Below, one piece after another: positions 63,335 through 64,000 of a stretch of DNA of 64,000 bases. The notes beneath the pieces are model-generated. The model was not told where the DNA came from and ran no database searches. It was given only the letters and a program-made list of their open reading frames with translations. Within the stretch, counting starts at the first letter, position 1; each line of letters starts with the position of its first letter. Origin of the DNA: an uncultured Nitrospiraceae bacterium. GTDB taxonomy: Bacteria; Nitrospirota; Thermodesulfovibrionia; Thermodesulfovibrionales; Dissulfurispiraceae. The DNA lies in the NCBI GenBank assembly GCA_963727805.1, contig CAVSHF010000003.1, positions 1,664,001-1,728,000 of the forward strand, read 5' to 3'. The translations under genes and the position numbers were made by a program.

Positions 63335-64000
63335 TCAGTGGGCTGCAATCATTAAATTCCCCAACTCGTTGACTATGCCGAGTGTTCCCGAGTACCCGAT
63401 CGTCACCCTTGCCGCAATCCCCAGGAGTTTATAGACCGGAAACCCTGCATGATACAAGGGGATCTTCAACCTCTTCGCCGTCTCCTGGGCGTGCGAGTTA
63501 GATATTAAGATATCTATGCCGTCTCCGACAGACTGCAGATCACCTACAATCACCTCGTCAGCAATGAGATGTACTGCAGATGGAACAGAATAAGGAATCA
63601 CCGCTTGTTTCACCACCACACCCGCTTCATCGAGCATCCTTGAAAGTGCTATAGACAGATCGGGTTCCAGCGCAAGGCACGCCCTTTTGCCACCGAGATA
63701 GAAATGGGCGTCTCGCATACCATCGATAAGGATGCTCCTCTTCCGCTGATATTTCCCAGGCATCGGCCTGCCGCTCAACATAGAGAGTGCCTCCATGAAC
63801 GAATCGGTGTCCCGCATTCCGATGAGACCTCTGAAAACCCGGTATTCCATACCAAATTGCTCCTTCAGTTTTATGGATGGAAGCTCCATTGAAGCGCCTA
63901 TTGCGATGGTAAATTCTGAATTGGCCGCTACCCTCAAGTCGTCGACAGTCGTTCCCCCAATGGCCAATGCCGATACCCCTTTTCTGCTGCCGTCAAGGGC
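63335..64000 (-). CDS. nifN: Nitrogenase FeMo-co scaffold NifN, C-terminal part (runs off the window)
   Basis: Frame open to the window end; LDG...GGT, L.DGMRDAHFY, ALEPD, ISNSH, GFPVY..LG and IGY.G; directly upstream of nifX. Confidence 0.88.
   Translation of the reverse strand, partial: ALDGSRKGVSALAIGGTTVDDLRVAANSEFTIAIGASMELPSIKLKEQFGMEYRVFRGLIGMRDTDSFMEALSMLSGRPMPGKYQRKRSILIDGMRDAHFYLGGKRACLALEPDLSIALSRMLDEAGVVVKQAVIPYSVPSAVHLIADEVIVGDLQSVGDGIDILISNSHAQETAKRLKIPLYHAGFPVYKLLGIAARVTIGYSGTLGIVNELGNLMIAAH

Overview
Bacterial chromosomal window of roughly mid GC. Gene content and style suggest an anaerobic Nitrospirota (Thermodesulfovibrionia-like) or deltaproteobacterial-type diazotroph; this is an impression, not a verified assignment. 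Left to right it holds: the pstSCAB-phoU phosphate operon; a ubiE/menG-lgt-sspB operon; marC; a DAHP synthase preceded by an unannotated 25-codon Phe/Tyr/Trp-rich leader peptide and tandem terminators (a three-amino-acid attenuator); a 10-gene RDD/B-box/DUF4129/DUF4350/MoxR/DUF58/SpoIIM membrane operon; a Cache MCP; nfnAB; a PilZ protein, a 2-hydroxyacid dehydrogenase, TraB/GumN, DUF3786, AsmA and hrpB; a secreted 5-repeat beta-propeller with an orphan terminator in its leader; a PAS kinase and an Asp-less receiver; a sigma70-driven structured 5' leader in front of a 52-aa basic CxxC..CC protein; a full rRNA operon (16S-Ile-Ala-23S-5S, minus strand) back-to-back with tRNA-Val(CAC); an accessory stretch with a DUF2147 pseudogene, a CARDB protein, a Cys-nucleophile esterase and an intact IS21 with a 5-bp TSD; and the distal end of a nif cluster (nifN-nifX-nifI1-nifI2-ferredoxin III-[IS200 relic]-nifV, then a sigma54-driven nifB-two small membrane ORFs-hesA-modA-broken modB). 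The best candidates for undescribed biology are the aromatic attenuator (8007-8229), the structured leader plus small Zn protein (40402-40785) and the B-box-extended MoxR operon. All family assignments come from motif recognition by eye; no database searches were run.
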